Positions 9,451 through 18,288 of a stretch of 64,000 nucleotides of DNA are shown here, piece after piece. The stretch's first letter is position 1. Each line of letters opens with the position of its first letter. Below the pieces are notes generated by a model. The model made no database searches. It saw only the letters and a list, made by a program, of their open reading frames with translations, and was not told the DNA's origin. Location: NCBI GenBank assembly GCA_965215505.1, contig OZ244065.1, positions 96,001 to 160,000 of the forward strand, written 5' to 3'. Origin of the DNA: Capsulimonadaceae bacterium (GTDB lineage: Bacteria; Armatimonadota; Armatimonadia; Armatimonadales; Capsulimonadaceae). The translations under genes were made by a program, and so were the position numbers.

Positions 9451-11421
9451 TCACTGCCAGAACTGGTAAGTCGAGTTACCTGTCGCGATGCCCCAGATGT
9501 TGAGCAGGCTGCCGGGGATGAACTGGCCCAGGATGAGGCCGTAGAAGAACGGCAGGGCGCCGGTGAAGGTCCGCATTCCGCCGTAGCGCAGTAGCAGGAC
9601 CTTGGTGAGCCAGGCGATGAACAGGGGCAGCCAGAGCAGGTTCATCTCCCAGGAGCCGGAGACGGCGTAGGCCAGCGGGTGGAACGGCCACCAGAAGAAG
9701 CGGACGCGCATCGCCTGCAAGAAGGCGGCGAACAGGAAGCCGACGACGATGGCGAGCAGGGCGGGCGTGTTGCCTGGCTTGGGGGCCTTCAGCCAGCCCG
9801 CGTAGCGGTCCCAGCCCGACGTGTCGTTCCACTTCATGCCGTACAGGTAGTCGTTGTGCAGCAGCGCCCAGAAAGCGCACAGCATCCCGAAGCCCCCGGC
9901 CAGCAGCAAGGCCCAGAACCAGGCGCGCATCTCGCGCTTCGCGCCGGTCTGCTCGGCCATCTTGAACGCCTCCAACTGGAACGGCATCGGGTGGCAGCGG
10001 TAGGCGCGGTTGAACCAGAAGAACAGGCTGAAGGCGGCCAGGCCCCCCGGTGCCATGCCCTGAGTCCCCAGCACATCGGACAGCGCCCAGTCCGGGCCGG
10101 TGAAGTGCAGGTCATGGACGGGGGTGCCGAGTTCCGCCCGCATCCGCGTGATCGCCAGGGCCAGGGCGAAGTAGATCAGGAAGAACAGGACGGCCAGCCA
10201 CCAGGAAAGCCCGAGCGCGACCGAGAACGCGACCAGCCCGGCCAGGCCGCCCGCCATGCCGACAAACGCCCAGCGGTAGCGCATCGGCTCGTCCGCGTCG
10301 TCAACCTCCGAGGCGCGGCCCAGGGCGCGGGCGACGACGTGGCTGAAGTAGTGCCGGCTGATCCAGAGCGTCCCGACGAAGAACAAGAGGTACGCGCCGA
10401 ACGCCTGATAGTTGACGTAAGGCATCCGGGGGTCGGCGTCCCAGGCATTGGCGGCCACGACCACGGCCTGGAGCTTCCAGAAGATGTAAAAGAACCAGGA
10501 CGAGAACAGGAAGTCGAGCGGCATCAGCAGGCCCAGGCCGACCATGAACGGGTAGTAGGTGAGGGGCGTCCAGCTGATGGCGTTCCAGGGCTTGGTCGTG
10601 AACGATGTCCCCAGGTCCACCGCGTTGGAGGGCAGGATGGCCGGAACGCCGGGATAGTAGTAGTTCAGGGCGTTCGTCGTATCCAGGGCCGCCGCCAGGA
10701 AAAAGCCCAGCCAGAACAGGCGGCTCTTCGTCAATGGCATGGTGTTCCGGCCGCGCCCGAACGGCTGGGCGTCGGTGATCTCCAGGGGGATCTTGGTCAG
10801 CGGGTAGGTCAGCCGCTCGTTGTCCGTCCACTGCTTGCGGAGGAGGACGTTGACGCACTGCATGGTCCAGAGCAAAACGACGACGAAGCCGGTCCAGATG
10901 AGGATGGCGGGCAGCCAGGCGTGGATGGCCGCCGCGTCGAAGTGACCGTGGCCCAGGTAAAAAGCAGAACGCTTGTCAATGCCGGGCACCATCGCCCACT
11001 GCGGCAGGTAGCGCCCGAAGAGGGGCAGGTAGTTGTTGCTGGTGTTGGACTGCGCGAGCGGCCAGGTCAGGTTCGGGACCAGCATCTGGATGAAGTCGTG
11101 CCCGGCCATGCACGACCCGATGCAGAGCATGGCGTAGACCAGCAGCAGTTCCCCCTGCGCGAACGCCCAGCGCGGGCGGACGCGGGCGACAAGCCCGTTG
11201 ATGCCGGTCAGGACGACGAGGATGAAGACGCAGTTGAAGAACAGGGAGATGGTGGTCGGGTGGGCGGAGTACCGGATGTTCTCCATCATGACGACCCAGT
11301 AGGCGTTGACCGGCATCAGTGCCATGCCGAGCAGGAGGGCGCGCGGCGTCACGCTGCGCGCCCGAGTCGGCGTCTGCGGGGCGGGGGGAGCCGTCGTCGT
11401 TGATTTCGTCTGCGTGTCCAT
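9451..11421 (-). CDS. DUF6785/DUF6784 family polytopic membrane protein (putative transporter)
   Basis: LRKQWTDNERLTYPL, ITRMRAELG, WWPFHPLAY, WLTKVLLLRYGG, PFFYGLILG motifs; start MDTQTK. Confidence 0.85.
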   Translation of the reverse strand: MDTQTKSTTTAPPAPQTPTRARSVTPRALLLGMALMPVNAYWVVMMENIRYSAHPTTISLFFNCVFILVVLTGINGLVARVRPRWAFAQGELLLVYAMLCIGSCMAGHDFIQMLVPNLTWPLAQSNTSNNYLPLFGRYLPQWAMVPGIDKRSAFYLGHGHFDAAAIHAWLPAILIWTGFVVVLLWTMQCVNVLLRKQWTDNERLTYPLTKIPLEITDAQPFGRGRNTMPLTKSRLFWLGFFLAAALDTTNALNYYYPGVPAILPSNAVDLGTSFTTKPWNAISWTPLTYYPFMVGLGLLMPLDFLFSSWFFYIFWKLQAVVVAANAWDADPRMPYVNYQAFGAYLLFFVGTLWISRHYFSHVVARALGRASEVDDADEPMRYRWAFVGMAGGLAGLVAFSVALGLSWWLAVLFFLIYFALALAITRMRAELGTPVHDLHFTGPDWALSDVLGTQGMAPGGLAAFSLFFWFNRAYRCHPMPFQLEAFKMAEQTGAKREMRAWFWALLLAGGFGMLCAFWALLHNDYLYGMKWNDTSGWDRYAGWLKAPKPGNTPALLAIVVGFLFAAFLQAMRVRFFWWPFHPLAYAVSGSWEMNLLWLPLFIAWLTKVLLLRYGGMRTFTGALPFFYGLILGQFIPGSLLNIWGIATGNSTYQFWQ

Positions 11422-11500
11422 GCCGGCCCCTTCGGAGTAGTCGCTTTGCCTGCATGTTCGGCTTGACGGGCGCGGATTCCTTCTTTGCGTCTGCTCCCCG

Positions 11501-11956
11501 TCAATCTTCCTCAATAGGTGGGTCACGCACGATGGAGGGGTTATCGAAGTAGGAGTCGCTGTTCTCGTCGTGCGTGGAGACTTCCTCGATCACCGCCCCG
11601 GCGGGTGAGCCGAACGAGTGGCGGACGCCGGGCCGGATGGTGTAACGCTCGCCCGCTTCCAGCGCGACTGCTTCGCCGTCCGCGATCAGCTCGACCTCGC
11701 CGCGCAGGACAAAAAACGTCTCCTTCTTGAGCTTGTGGTAGTGGGTCGGGCACTCCTGGCCCGGCAGTAGGGTCAGCCACTTGCTGCAATACTCCGGCTC
11801 GTTGACCCGGACGACGATGCCCAGGCCTTCCAGGGCGAACTGATCCAGGCCAAAATCGGCGATCTCGATCTCCAGGGCCGGGGGGAGGGCAAGCCCGGCG
11901 TCCTCTAGCTGCCGCCGGGTCTTGGCCTGTGCGGCGGTCACTTCACTGCGTTTCAT
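11501..11956 (-). CDS. D-lyxose/D-mannose ketol-isomerase family cupin
   Basis: MKRSE N-terminus, ADFGL, YCSK...PGQECPTHYH..KKETF, EEVST...DSYF. Confidence 0.85.
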   Translation of the reverse strand: MKRSEVTAAQAKTRRQLEDAGLALPPALEIEIADFGLDQFALEGLGIVVRVNEPEYCSKWLTLLPGQECPTHYHKLKKETFFVLRGEVELIADGEAVALEAGERYTIRPGVRHSFGSPAGAVIEEVSTHDENSDSYFDNPSIVRDPPIEED

Positions 11957-11976
11957 GTTGATCCTTTGAGATATGT

Positions 11977-12102
11977 CACGGGGCTGAACCCCCGTGCCGT
12001 AGAAGTGCAAGCCCCCGCCTTCGCGGGCGAAGAGTCCGGACTTTCCGATGCCCGCGAAGGCGGGGATTTGCTTTATCGAAGCCCAGGGGTTCAGCCCTGG
12101 GT
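11977..12102. repeat. REPIN-like long palindromic element
   Basis: Outer arms GGGCTGAACCCC/GGGGTTCAGCCC; inner arms CCCCGCCTTCGCGGGC/GCCCGCGAAGGCGGGG. Confidence 0.8.
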
Positions 12103-12112
12103 ACGATGCCGA

Positions 12113-14827
12113 CTAAGCCTCTTTCGGCGGCGTGTCGGCGAACAGCTCGACCGCGCTGACCGTGGCATCCCGGTCCGGGCTGCCCGGCGCAGGGGCGACG
12201 GCGATGACGAGGCTGCCGTGCGGGCCGGGCCGGAGGCCCGTGAACTCCTTGACGACGGCCCGGTTCGTGCCGCCCGCCTCGGCGACGTCGAAGTCTTGCA
12301 GGATCGTCGCGCCGTTCAGGGAGACGTTCATCCGGCGCTCGCCCGCAGACGCCTCCTCGCCTGCGGCGAAGTGCAGGCGTAGCGTGTAGGTGCGCCCGCC
12401 GGGCAGGACCGGTGCCGGGAGGGTGTAGCTGACTTCGCCGCCGCGCCCGGTTCGGTAGACGGCAGCGGGTGCGGCGTTGGAGGCGGGCGTGTCTACGGCA
12501 ACCTCACGATGAACCAGGCTGCCGCCTTGAACGAAGCAGTCGCCGACGAAATCGCCCGTCTCTTCGCCGCCGCAGTTGACTCGGATGACCGGCCCGACCG
12601 GGCCGCCGTCATAGGCGACGGGGGCGTATTCGGACAATGAGGAGGGCAGATCGCCCGGCTCCAGCTCCCGCTCAGGCGGCTCTGGCCCCAGGGCGAGGCG
12701 CAGTAAGCCGCCCCCGATCAGCGCGTCATGCTGGACGCAGAGCGGGCCGTGGGCCTGCCCATTAAGCGAAACGCTCTGAACGTAGGCGTTCGCCTCGGAC
12801 GCGCCGGGTGCCTCAATGACCAATGTCTTGCCATCCGCCACCTGGAGACGGGCGGCAGGGAACAGCGGCGAGGTGAGGACGTACTCGGGGACGCCGGGGC
12901 AGAGTGGCCCCAGGCCCAGGGCGTTCAGGACGTACCACGAGGCCATCTCGCCGTTGTCCTCATCGCCGGGCAGGCTGTCCGGCGTGTAGAGGATGTCCAG
13001 CACGCGCCGGGTCCAGTACTGCATCTTCCACGGGCTTCCTGCCGCCGCGTAGAAGTAGAGGAAGGAGTGGACGGGCTGGTTGCCCTGGTCGTACTGGCCG
13101 AAGTCCACGGCGGCCATTTCGGCCATCTCGTGGATGACCCCGCCATAAGTGCCGGGGCGGAAGGTCGGCGGCTGATAGAGGAAGCGGTCCAGCTTGGCGA
13201 GTACCTTCGACGGCCCGCCCATCAGGGCCGTCAGGCCGGCGGGGTCGTGCGGGACGGTGAAGTTGAACTGCCACGCGCTGCCCTCGATGAAAGGGTCGCC
13301 CCAGGCGTAAGAATCAAAAGGATCAGACCATTTCCCGTCGGCGTTTTTGCCGCGCATGAACGTCGTCGCCGGGTCGTAGACGTTCCGGTAACTCAGGGCG
13401 CGCTCCCGGTACTTGGCCTGATCCTCGTGCTTCCCCAGCGCCCCGGCCACTTGCGCGAGGCAGAAGTCGTCGTAGGCATAGTCCAAAGTCCGTGCGGTCG
13501 CGTGGTCGTACTTGTCGGCGGGGACATAGCCGAGGCTCAGATACTCGCGGAGCGCGATGCGGCCGTAGCCCTTCTCGCCGTCAACGGGCGTGTTGGCATG
13601 CTTGACCATGCCCGCGTAGGCCGCCTCGCGGTCGAAGCCGCCGATGCCCTTAACGACGGCGTCGGCGATCACGGCGTCAATGTGCGTCCCAATCATGCAG
13701 GCGCGGTAGCCGGGCGAAGGCCAGTTGGGCAGCCAGCCGCCCTCCTTGTAGGCGTTGACGAAGCCCTGAATGATCTCGCCCAGCCGCGTCGGCTGAATCA
13801 GGGACAGCAGGGGGTAGACCGTGCGGTAGGTGTCCCAGAAGCCGTTGTCGGTGTAGAGGACGCCCGGATGGACTTCGCCGTCATAGGGGCTGTAATGGAC
13901 CGGCTGACCCTCGGCATCCGGCTCGTGGAACATGCGCGGGAACAGGTGCGCGCGGTAGAGGCAGCTATAGAAGGTCCGCCGCTGGTCGTCCGTCCCGCCC
14001 TCGACCTGGATGCGGCTTAATGTCTCGTTCCAGACGGCCTCGGCCTCATCACGCAGGGCGTCAAAGCTTTTGTCGCCGACCTCATGCTCCAGGTTACGGA
14101 GGGCCTGCTCGGCGCTGATAAACGACGTGCCGAGCTTCAGGACGACTTGGCCGGATGGGGGCGGCACGAACTCGGCCACCGCGCCGATGTATTCGCCCTC
14201 AAGCGTCACTTGGTCTTCGGCGATCTCTCCGGCGTGCGTGGGGAGTGCGCTCCGCCAGTCCTGGTCGAAGACGGCGGCAAAATAGCAGGCGAAATTGCCG
14301 GGGACGCCGCCGGAGTTCAGCCGGGAGAAGCCCGCAATCAGGCGGCGCTCCGGGTGGATCGCGACCTGTGAGTGGGCGTCAAAGATGACCCGGCCCGCTT
14401 CGCCCGATGGGAAGATGAATCGGAAGACGGCGCACCGCTCCGTCGGCGTCATTTCCAGTCTGACGTTGTCCCGCTGGAGCAGCACACACAGCGAGTGCGG
14501 CAGGATAGTCAGGTCTTCCGGGCGATAGGCCGAGCCCCGCGCCTTTGCCGCCAGGGCAGAGGCCCCCGCCTGGGCCATGACCGTGAATTGGCCGTAGTCG
14601 CTCATCCAGGGGCTGGGCTGATGGGTGGCCCGAACGCCGATGAGTTCGTGCTTATCCGGTTCAAAGAACCAGCGTTCCGCCTCCGAGGTCTGCGGCGACC
14701 AGTGGGTCAGGCCGAAGGGGCGGCCGACCAGCGGCAGGGTGTTGCCGCGCGAGAACGACTGCACGGAGTTTGTGCCTTGCAGGGGGTTGACGTATCGCGT
14801 CAGGTCTTCCCGTGGGGGAATGGGCAT
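12113..14827 (-). CDS. GH92 alpha-mannosidase with C-terminal malectin-like domain
   Basis: THQPSPWMSDYG, WDTYRT, RTLDYAYDD, GNQP, PGDEDNGEMASWY; C-terminal LRLHFA...GERRMNVSLNG. Confidence 0.92.
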   Translation of the reverse strand: MPIPPREDLTRYVNPLQGTNSVQSFSRGNTLPLVGRPFGLTHWSPQTSEAERWFFEPDKHELIGVRATHQPSPWMSDYGQFTVMAQAGASALAAKARGSAYRPEDLTILPHSLCVLLQRDNVRLEMTPTERCAVFRFIFPSGEAGRVIFDAHSQVAIHPERRLIAGFSRLNSGGVPGNFACYFAAVFDQDWRSALPTHAGEIAEDQVTLEGEYIGAVAEFVPPPSGQVVLKLGTSFISAEQALRNLEHEVGDKSFDALRDEAEAVWNETLSRIQVEGGTDDQRRTFYSCLYRAHLFPRMFHEPDAEGQPVHYSPYDGEVHPGVLYTDNGFWDTYRTVYPLLSLIQPTRLGEIIQGFVNAYKEGGWLPNWPSPGYRACMIGTHIDAVIADAVVKGIGGFDREAAYAGMVKHANTPVDGEKGYGRIALREYLSLGYVPADKYDHATARTLDYAYDDFCLAQVAGALGKHEDQAKYRERALSYRNVYDPATTFMRGKNADGKWSDPFDSYAWGDPFIEGSAWQFNFTVPHDPAGLTALMGGPSKVLAKLDRFLYQPPTFRPGTYGGVIHEMAEMAAVDFGQYDQGNQPVHSFLYFYAAAGSPWKMQYWTRRVLDILYTPDSLPGDEDNGEMASWYVLNALGLGPLCPGVPEYVLTSPLFPAARLQVADGKTLVIEAPGASEANAYVQSVSLNGQAHGPLCVQHDALIGGGLLRLALGPEPPERELEPGDLPSSLSEYAPVAYDGGPVGPVIRVNCGGEETGDFVGDCFVQGGSLVHREVAVDTPASNAAPAAVYRTGRGGEVSYTLPAPVLPGGRTYTLRLHFAAGEEASAGERRMNVSLNGATILQDFDVAEAGGTNRAVVKEFTGLRPGPHGSLVIAVAPAPGSPDRDATVSAVELFADTPPKEA

Positions 14828-14846
14828 AATGTTTTCCTTGCGACCC

Positions 14847-15953
14847 CTATCCGCCCGCTTTCGGTGGAGCGAGTGCGCTAATGCCGGGGAGCGCGTTGAA
14901 CTGGTCGTCGAACAGGGAATTGCCGTGGTTATAGTTCGGCAGGCCGTCAATGGGAACCCACTCGGGCTGCCAGTAGATGACGCCGCGCCCCAGTCCGTCC
15001 GGCGTCTCCGCGACCGTCTTCACAAGGTCGGTCAGGAAGCGGCGCTGGCCCTCCGGCGTCCTCCCATACTCGTTGTAGACGATCTGGCCTGGCCTGGCCG
15101 CGCCGTGCTGGGGGAAGGCGGTTTCGGCGATGACGAGCGGCTTGTGGTACTTCCGGGCGGCGATGGCGAGCGCGTCCTTGAGCTGGGCCAGCGTGTTCCT
15201 GCCGTCCGGGTAGTAGCTCAGGCCAATCAAATCGTAGTCAATGCCCTGCCTCTGCGGATCAAGGTGGTCGAAAAACCACTTGGTCCGGCCCGCGTCCGCG
15301 CCGTTATCAATGTGGACCATGACGAGCGGGGCGGGCAGCGAACCCGCGCCCTCGCGGACGCCCGCGATGCCGGCCTTCAGCAGCGTGCCGTACCTGGTCC
15401 AGCCGTCCGGCCCGTCGGCCCTGCCGTCGGGCCAGAGCATCCCGTTGATCGTCTCATTGCCGACCGCCACGATGTCCGGCATGGCCCCGTTGAAGCGCAA
15501 TGTCGCGACCACGCCACGGCTATAAGTCTCCATCTGGCGGGTGAGCCGGTCGAACGGCAAGTCTTTCCAGGCTGCGGGCTTGGCCTGCTGTCCGGGATCG
15601 GCCCAGGTGTCCGAATAGTGGAGGTCCAGCAGGAAGAGCAGGCCGGCGGCCTTGACCCGCTTGGCCAGGGCGACGGTGTATGGCAGGTCGTTGACATACT
15701 CCCCCCGCCCGGTGGGGTGGACCCAGAGCCGCAGGCGGACGACGTTCCAGCCGTGCGACTTGAAGATCTGGAGCGCGTCGCGCGGCCTGCCGTCGTCTTT
15801 ATAGACCGCACCTAGCTGCTCCTCACGCGCGAGGAACGACAGGTCGCCGCCGGCCAGAAAGGGCGGCCTTGACCCGGCGGCCGCGGCCCCGGCCGGGCCT
15901 GCCAGGGCGGCGGAGAGCAGAACCAGGGCGAGGCGCAGCGGGAGCGGCATCAT
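14847..15953 (-). CDS. GH53 endo-1,4-beta-galactanase
   Basis: GGDLS, VRLRLWVHP, LDLHYSDTWADPG, VGNE, IAETAFP, YWQPEW; signal peptide. Confidence 0.93.
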   Translation of the reverse strand: MMPLPLRLALVLLSAALAGPAGAAAAGSRPPFLAGGDLSFLAREEQLGAVYKDDGRPRDALQIFKSHGWNVVRLRLWVHPTGRGEYVNDLPYTVALAKRVKAAGLLFLLDLHYSDTWADPGQQAKPAAWKDLPFDRLTRQMETYSRGVVATLRFNGAMPDIVAVGNETINGMLWPDGRADGPDGWTRYGTLLKAGIAGVREGAGSLPAPLVMVHIDNGADAGRTKWFFDHLDPQRQGIDYDLIGLSYYPDGRNTLAQLKDALAIAARKYHKPLVIAETAFPQHGAARPGQIVYNEYGRTPEGQRRFLTDLVKTVAETPDGLGRGVIYWQPEWVPIDGLPNYNHGNSLFDDQFNALPGISALAPPKAGG

Positions 15954-15956
15954 GCC

Positions 15957-18197
15957 CTATTGTACCTGAGCGATGCCGACATCTATCACCTGCCCGCCGA
16001 CCGTCTGACGGCAGTGGACGGCGATCACGTTCGCGCCAGGGTGAAGCGCGGCCCGCGCCGCGTCCGACATCGGCAAGGAGGCGTACTCGCCGGTGTAGCC
16101 GGTCGCCGAGGCGGCCAGGATGCCGTTGATGTAGACCTCGACGTCTTCATCGTGCCGCGCCCGGACGACCATCTTGGCCGGGAGGGCGGCGGGCAGGGTG
16201 ACGGCGCGGCGCAGCCAGATGTCGCCGGGCGTGTCGTTCCAGGCGGTGCGGACGTTGTCCGCGCCGTGGCCGAAGGGGGCAGGCCCGGTCTTCCAGGTCG
16301 AGGCGTCGAAGCCGGTCCGGGTCCAGTCGCCTGCGGGTCTGGCCGTCGTATACGACCAGACGTGCGGGTCATCCTCCGAGGTCGGCACCAGGTCGGTGTC
16401 GGGGTGCGGGTCGGGCTGCATGGCCGGGAACCGGCCCCGGTTGGCCTCGGAGACGATGACGGGGTCGACCTTGACGACCTGGCGGTCGTAGGTCAGCAGG
16501 CCGTTCAGCTCCTGTTCCACGTCGGTGAGCTGCGTGTAGACGACCGCGCCCGTCCCCCGACTCTCCTCGATCCCGTAGGCATTCCGGAGGAGTTCTTGGT
16601 AGCGCCTGGTGGTCTTCCAGCCTTCACTCAGGACCCTGCCGTAGCCCATGACCTTGCCCGAGAACAGCGTGTGGCCGGCGACGCTCTGGGTCACGCCGCC
16701 GAACTCGCCGTTGACGGCGGCCCGTGTCGGTTCCGGCACCTCCGACCAGGGGCCGGGGTAGGCGTGCGTGTCGCGCAGATCGCCGACCCCTTTGTCGGTC
16801 CACCCGCTGGCGTTGTTGACCAGACGCGTCGGGTCGAGCCGCTTGGTCAGCGCGACGATGGACTCCGTATCATGCTGCCCCCAGCCCTCGTTGAACGTCG
16901 TCCAGACGATGATGGACGGGTGGTTGTAAAACTGCGCGACCTCGCTCTCCCATTCGGCCAGCCACTGCGCCTTGGCCGCGTCGTTCAGGTCGCCAAAGGC
17001 CTGCGGCATGTCCTGCCAGACGAGCATGCCCAGTCTGTCGGCCCAGTAGTACCAGCGGTCGGGTTCCACCTTGGCGTGCTTGCGGAGCAGGTTGAAGCCG
17101 AGCTGCTTGGCGGCGACGATGTCGGACTTCAAGGCGTCGTCGGTGGGGGCGGTGTAGACGCCGTCCGGCCAGTAGCCCTGGTCCAGCGCGCCCACTTGGA
17201 ACACGAAATGGTTGTTGAGCATGGGCCGCGTCCGCCCCTGGGCATCTTTGCCTAGTGAGACCTTCCGCATGGCGAAGTAGCTGTCCACACCGTCGCCGCC
17301 TTTGCCGACCAGCGAGACGCGCAGGCCGTACACATGCGGGTCGCCCGGCGACCACAGGTGGGGGCTTGGGATCGGCAGCGCGATTTCGGCCCCCGCATTG
17401 CCCACGGCCGTCGCCACCGTCCTGCCGCCGTCGGTGGCCGTGACCCGCACCGGGGCCGCGCCGCCGTCCGTGCTGACGGTCAGGCGCAGGGCGTGGGCGT
17501 CAATGTCGGGCGTGATCTTCAGGCCGCTGATGTGCCGGGCGGGCACCGGCTCCAGCCAGACCGACTGCCAGATGCCCGTTGCTCCGGTGTAGAAGATGCC
17601 GCCCGAATGTGTCCGCTGCTTGCCGACGACCTGTGCGTCGGGCCTGTCAACGGTCATCGGGTTAAAGGCCGAAACGATTATCTCGTTCGCGCCGGGTCTG
17701 AACGCGTCCGTGACGTCGTATTTAAAGCCCGTGTAGCCGCCCTTGTGTTCGCCGAGGTCTTTCCCGTTGACCGAGACGGTCGAGTCCCAGTTGACGGCGC
17801 CGAAGTGCAGCAGGACACGCTGGCCCTTCCAGGAAGGCGGGACGGTGAACGTCCGGCGATACCACAGCCGCTGGGCGGCGGGGCTGGGCTTGCCGACGCC
17901 CGACAGGGCCGCCTCATAGGGGTAGGGGACGAGGATCTTGCCGTCATAGGCGGCGGGTGGGGTTGTGGCATCGCTGGCCGTCAGGCCATAGTCCCAGGAG
18001 CCGTTGAGGCTTTGCCAGCGGGCGCGGGTCATCTGGGGGCGGGGATACTCGGGGAGGGCGTTGGTCGCGGAGACGAGTTTCGCCCAGCGCGTGGGCAGCC
18101 GACCGCCGGAGATCGTCTGCGCCCCGGCAATCGGAGCGATCAGGAGTACGCCGAGTGCCAGCAGTGTGGCGGTGTAGGTTAAGGAACGTGGTTGCAT
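15957..18197 (-). CDS. GH2 glycoside hydrolase, secreted
   Basis: PEYPRPQ, LHFGAV, TGIWQSVWLE, LDQGYWPDG, RKHAKVEP, FNEGWGQ. Confidence 0.92.
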   Translation of the reverse strand: MQPRSLTYTATLLALGVLLIAPIAGAQTISGGRLPTRWAKLVSATNALPEYPRPQMTRARWQSLNGSWDYGLTASDATTPPAAYDGKILVPYPYEAALSGVGKPSPAAQRLWYRRTFTVPPSWKGQRVLLHFGAVNWDSTVSVNGKDLGEHKGGYTGFKYDVTDAFRPGANEIIVSAFNPMTVDRPDAQVVGKQRTHSGGIFYTGATGIWQSVWLEPVPARHISGLKITPDIDAHALRLTVSTDGGAAPVRVTATDGGRTVATAVGNAGAEIALPIPSPHLWSPGDPHVYGLRVSLVGKGGDGVDSYFAMRKVSLGKDAQGRTRPMLNNHFVFQVGALDQGYWPDGVYTAPTDDALKSDIVAAKQLGFNLLRKHAKVEPDRWYYWADRLGMLVWQDMPQAFGDLNDAAKAQWLAEWESEVAQFYNHPSIIVWTTFNEGWGQHDTESIVALTKRLDPTRLVNNASGWTDKGVGDLRDTHAYPGPWSEVPEPTRAAVNGEFGGVTQSVAGHTLFSGKVMGYGRVLSEGWKTTRRYQELLRNAYGIEESRGTGAVVYTQLTDVEQELNGLLTYDRQVVKVDPVIVSEANRGRFPAMQPDPHPDTDLVPTSEDDPHVWSYTTARPAGDWTRTGFDASTWKTGPAPFGHGADNVRTAWNDTPGDIWLRRAVTLPAALPAKMVVRARHDEDVEVYINGILAASATGYTGEYASLPMSDAARAALHPGANVIAVHCRQTVGGQVIDVGIAQVQ

Positions 18198-18236
18198 GGG
18201 GCTTCCTTGTGCTTTCCGGGTTGGACCGCGATTAAC

Positions 18237-18265
18237 GAAAACAGGCCGGCCCGAAAGGGCCGGCC
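18237..18265 (-). terminator. Putative terminator hairpin between the two GH2 genes
   Basis: GGCCGGCCC-GAAA-GGGCCGGCC followed by TGTTTTC on the minus strand. Confidence 0.55.
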
Positions 18266-18288
18266 ATGTTCCGCTCGCCGGCCCTGTT

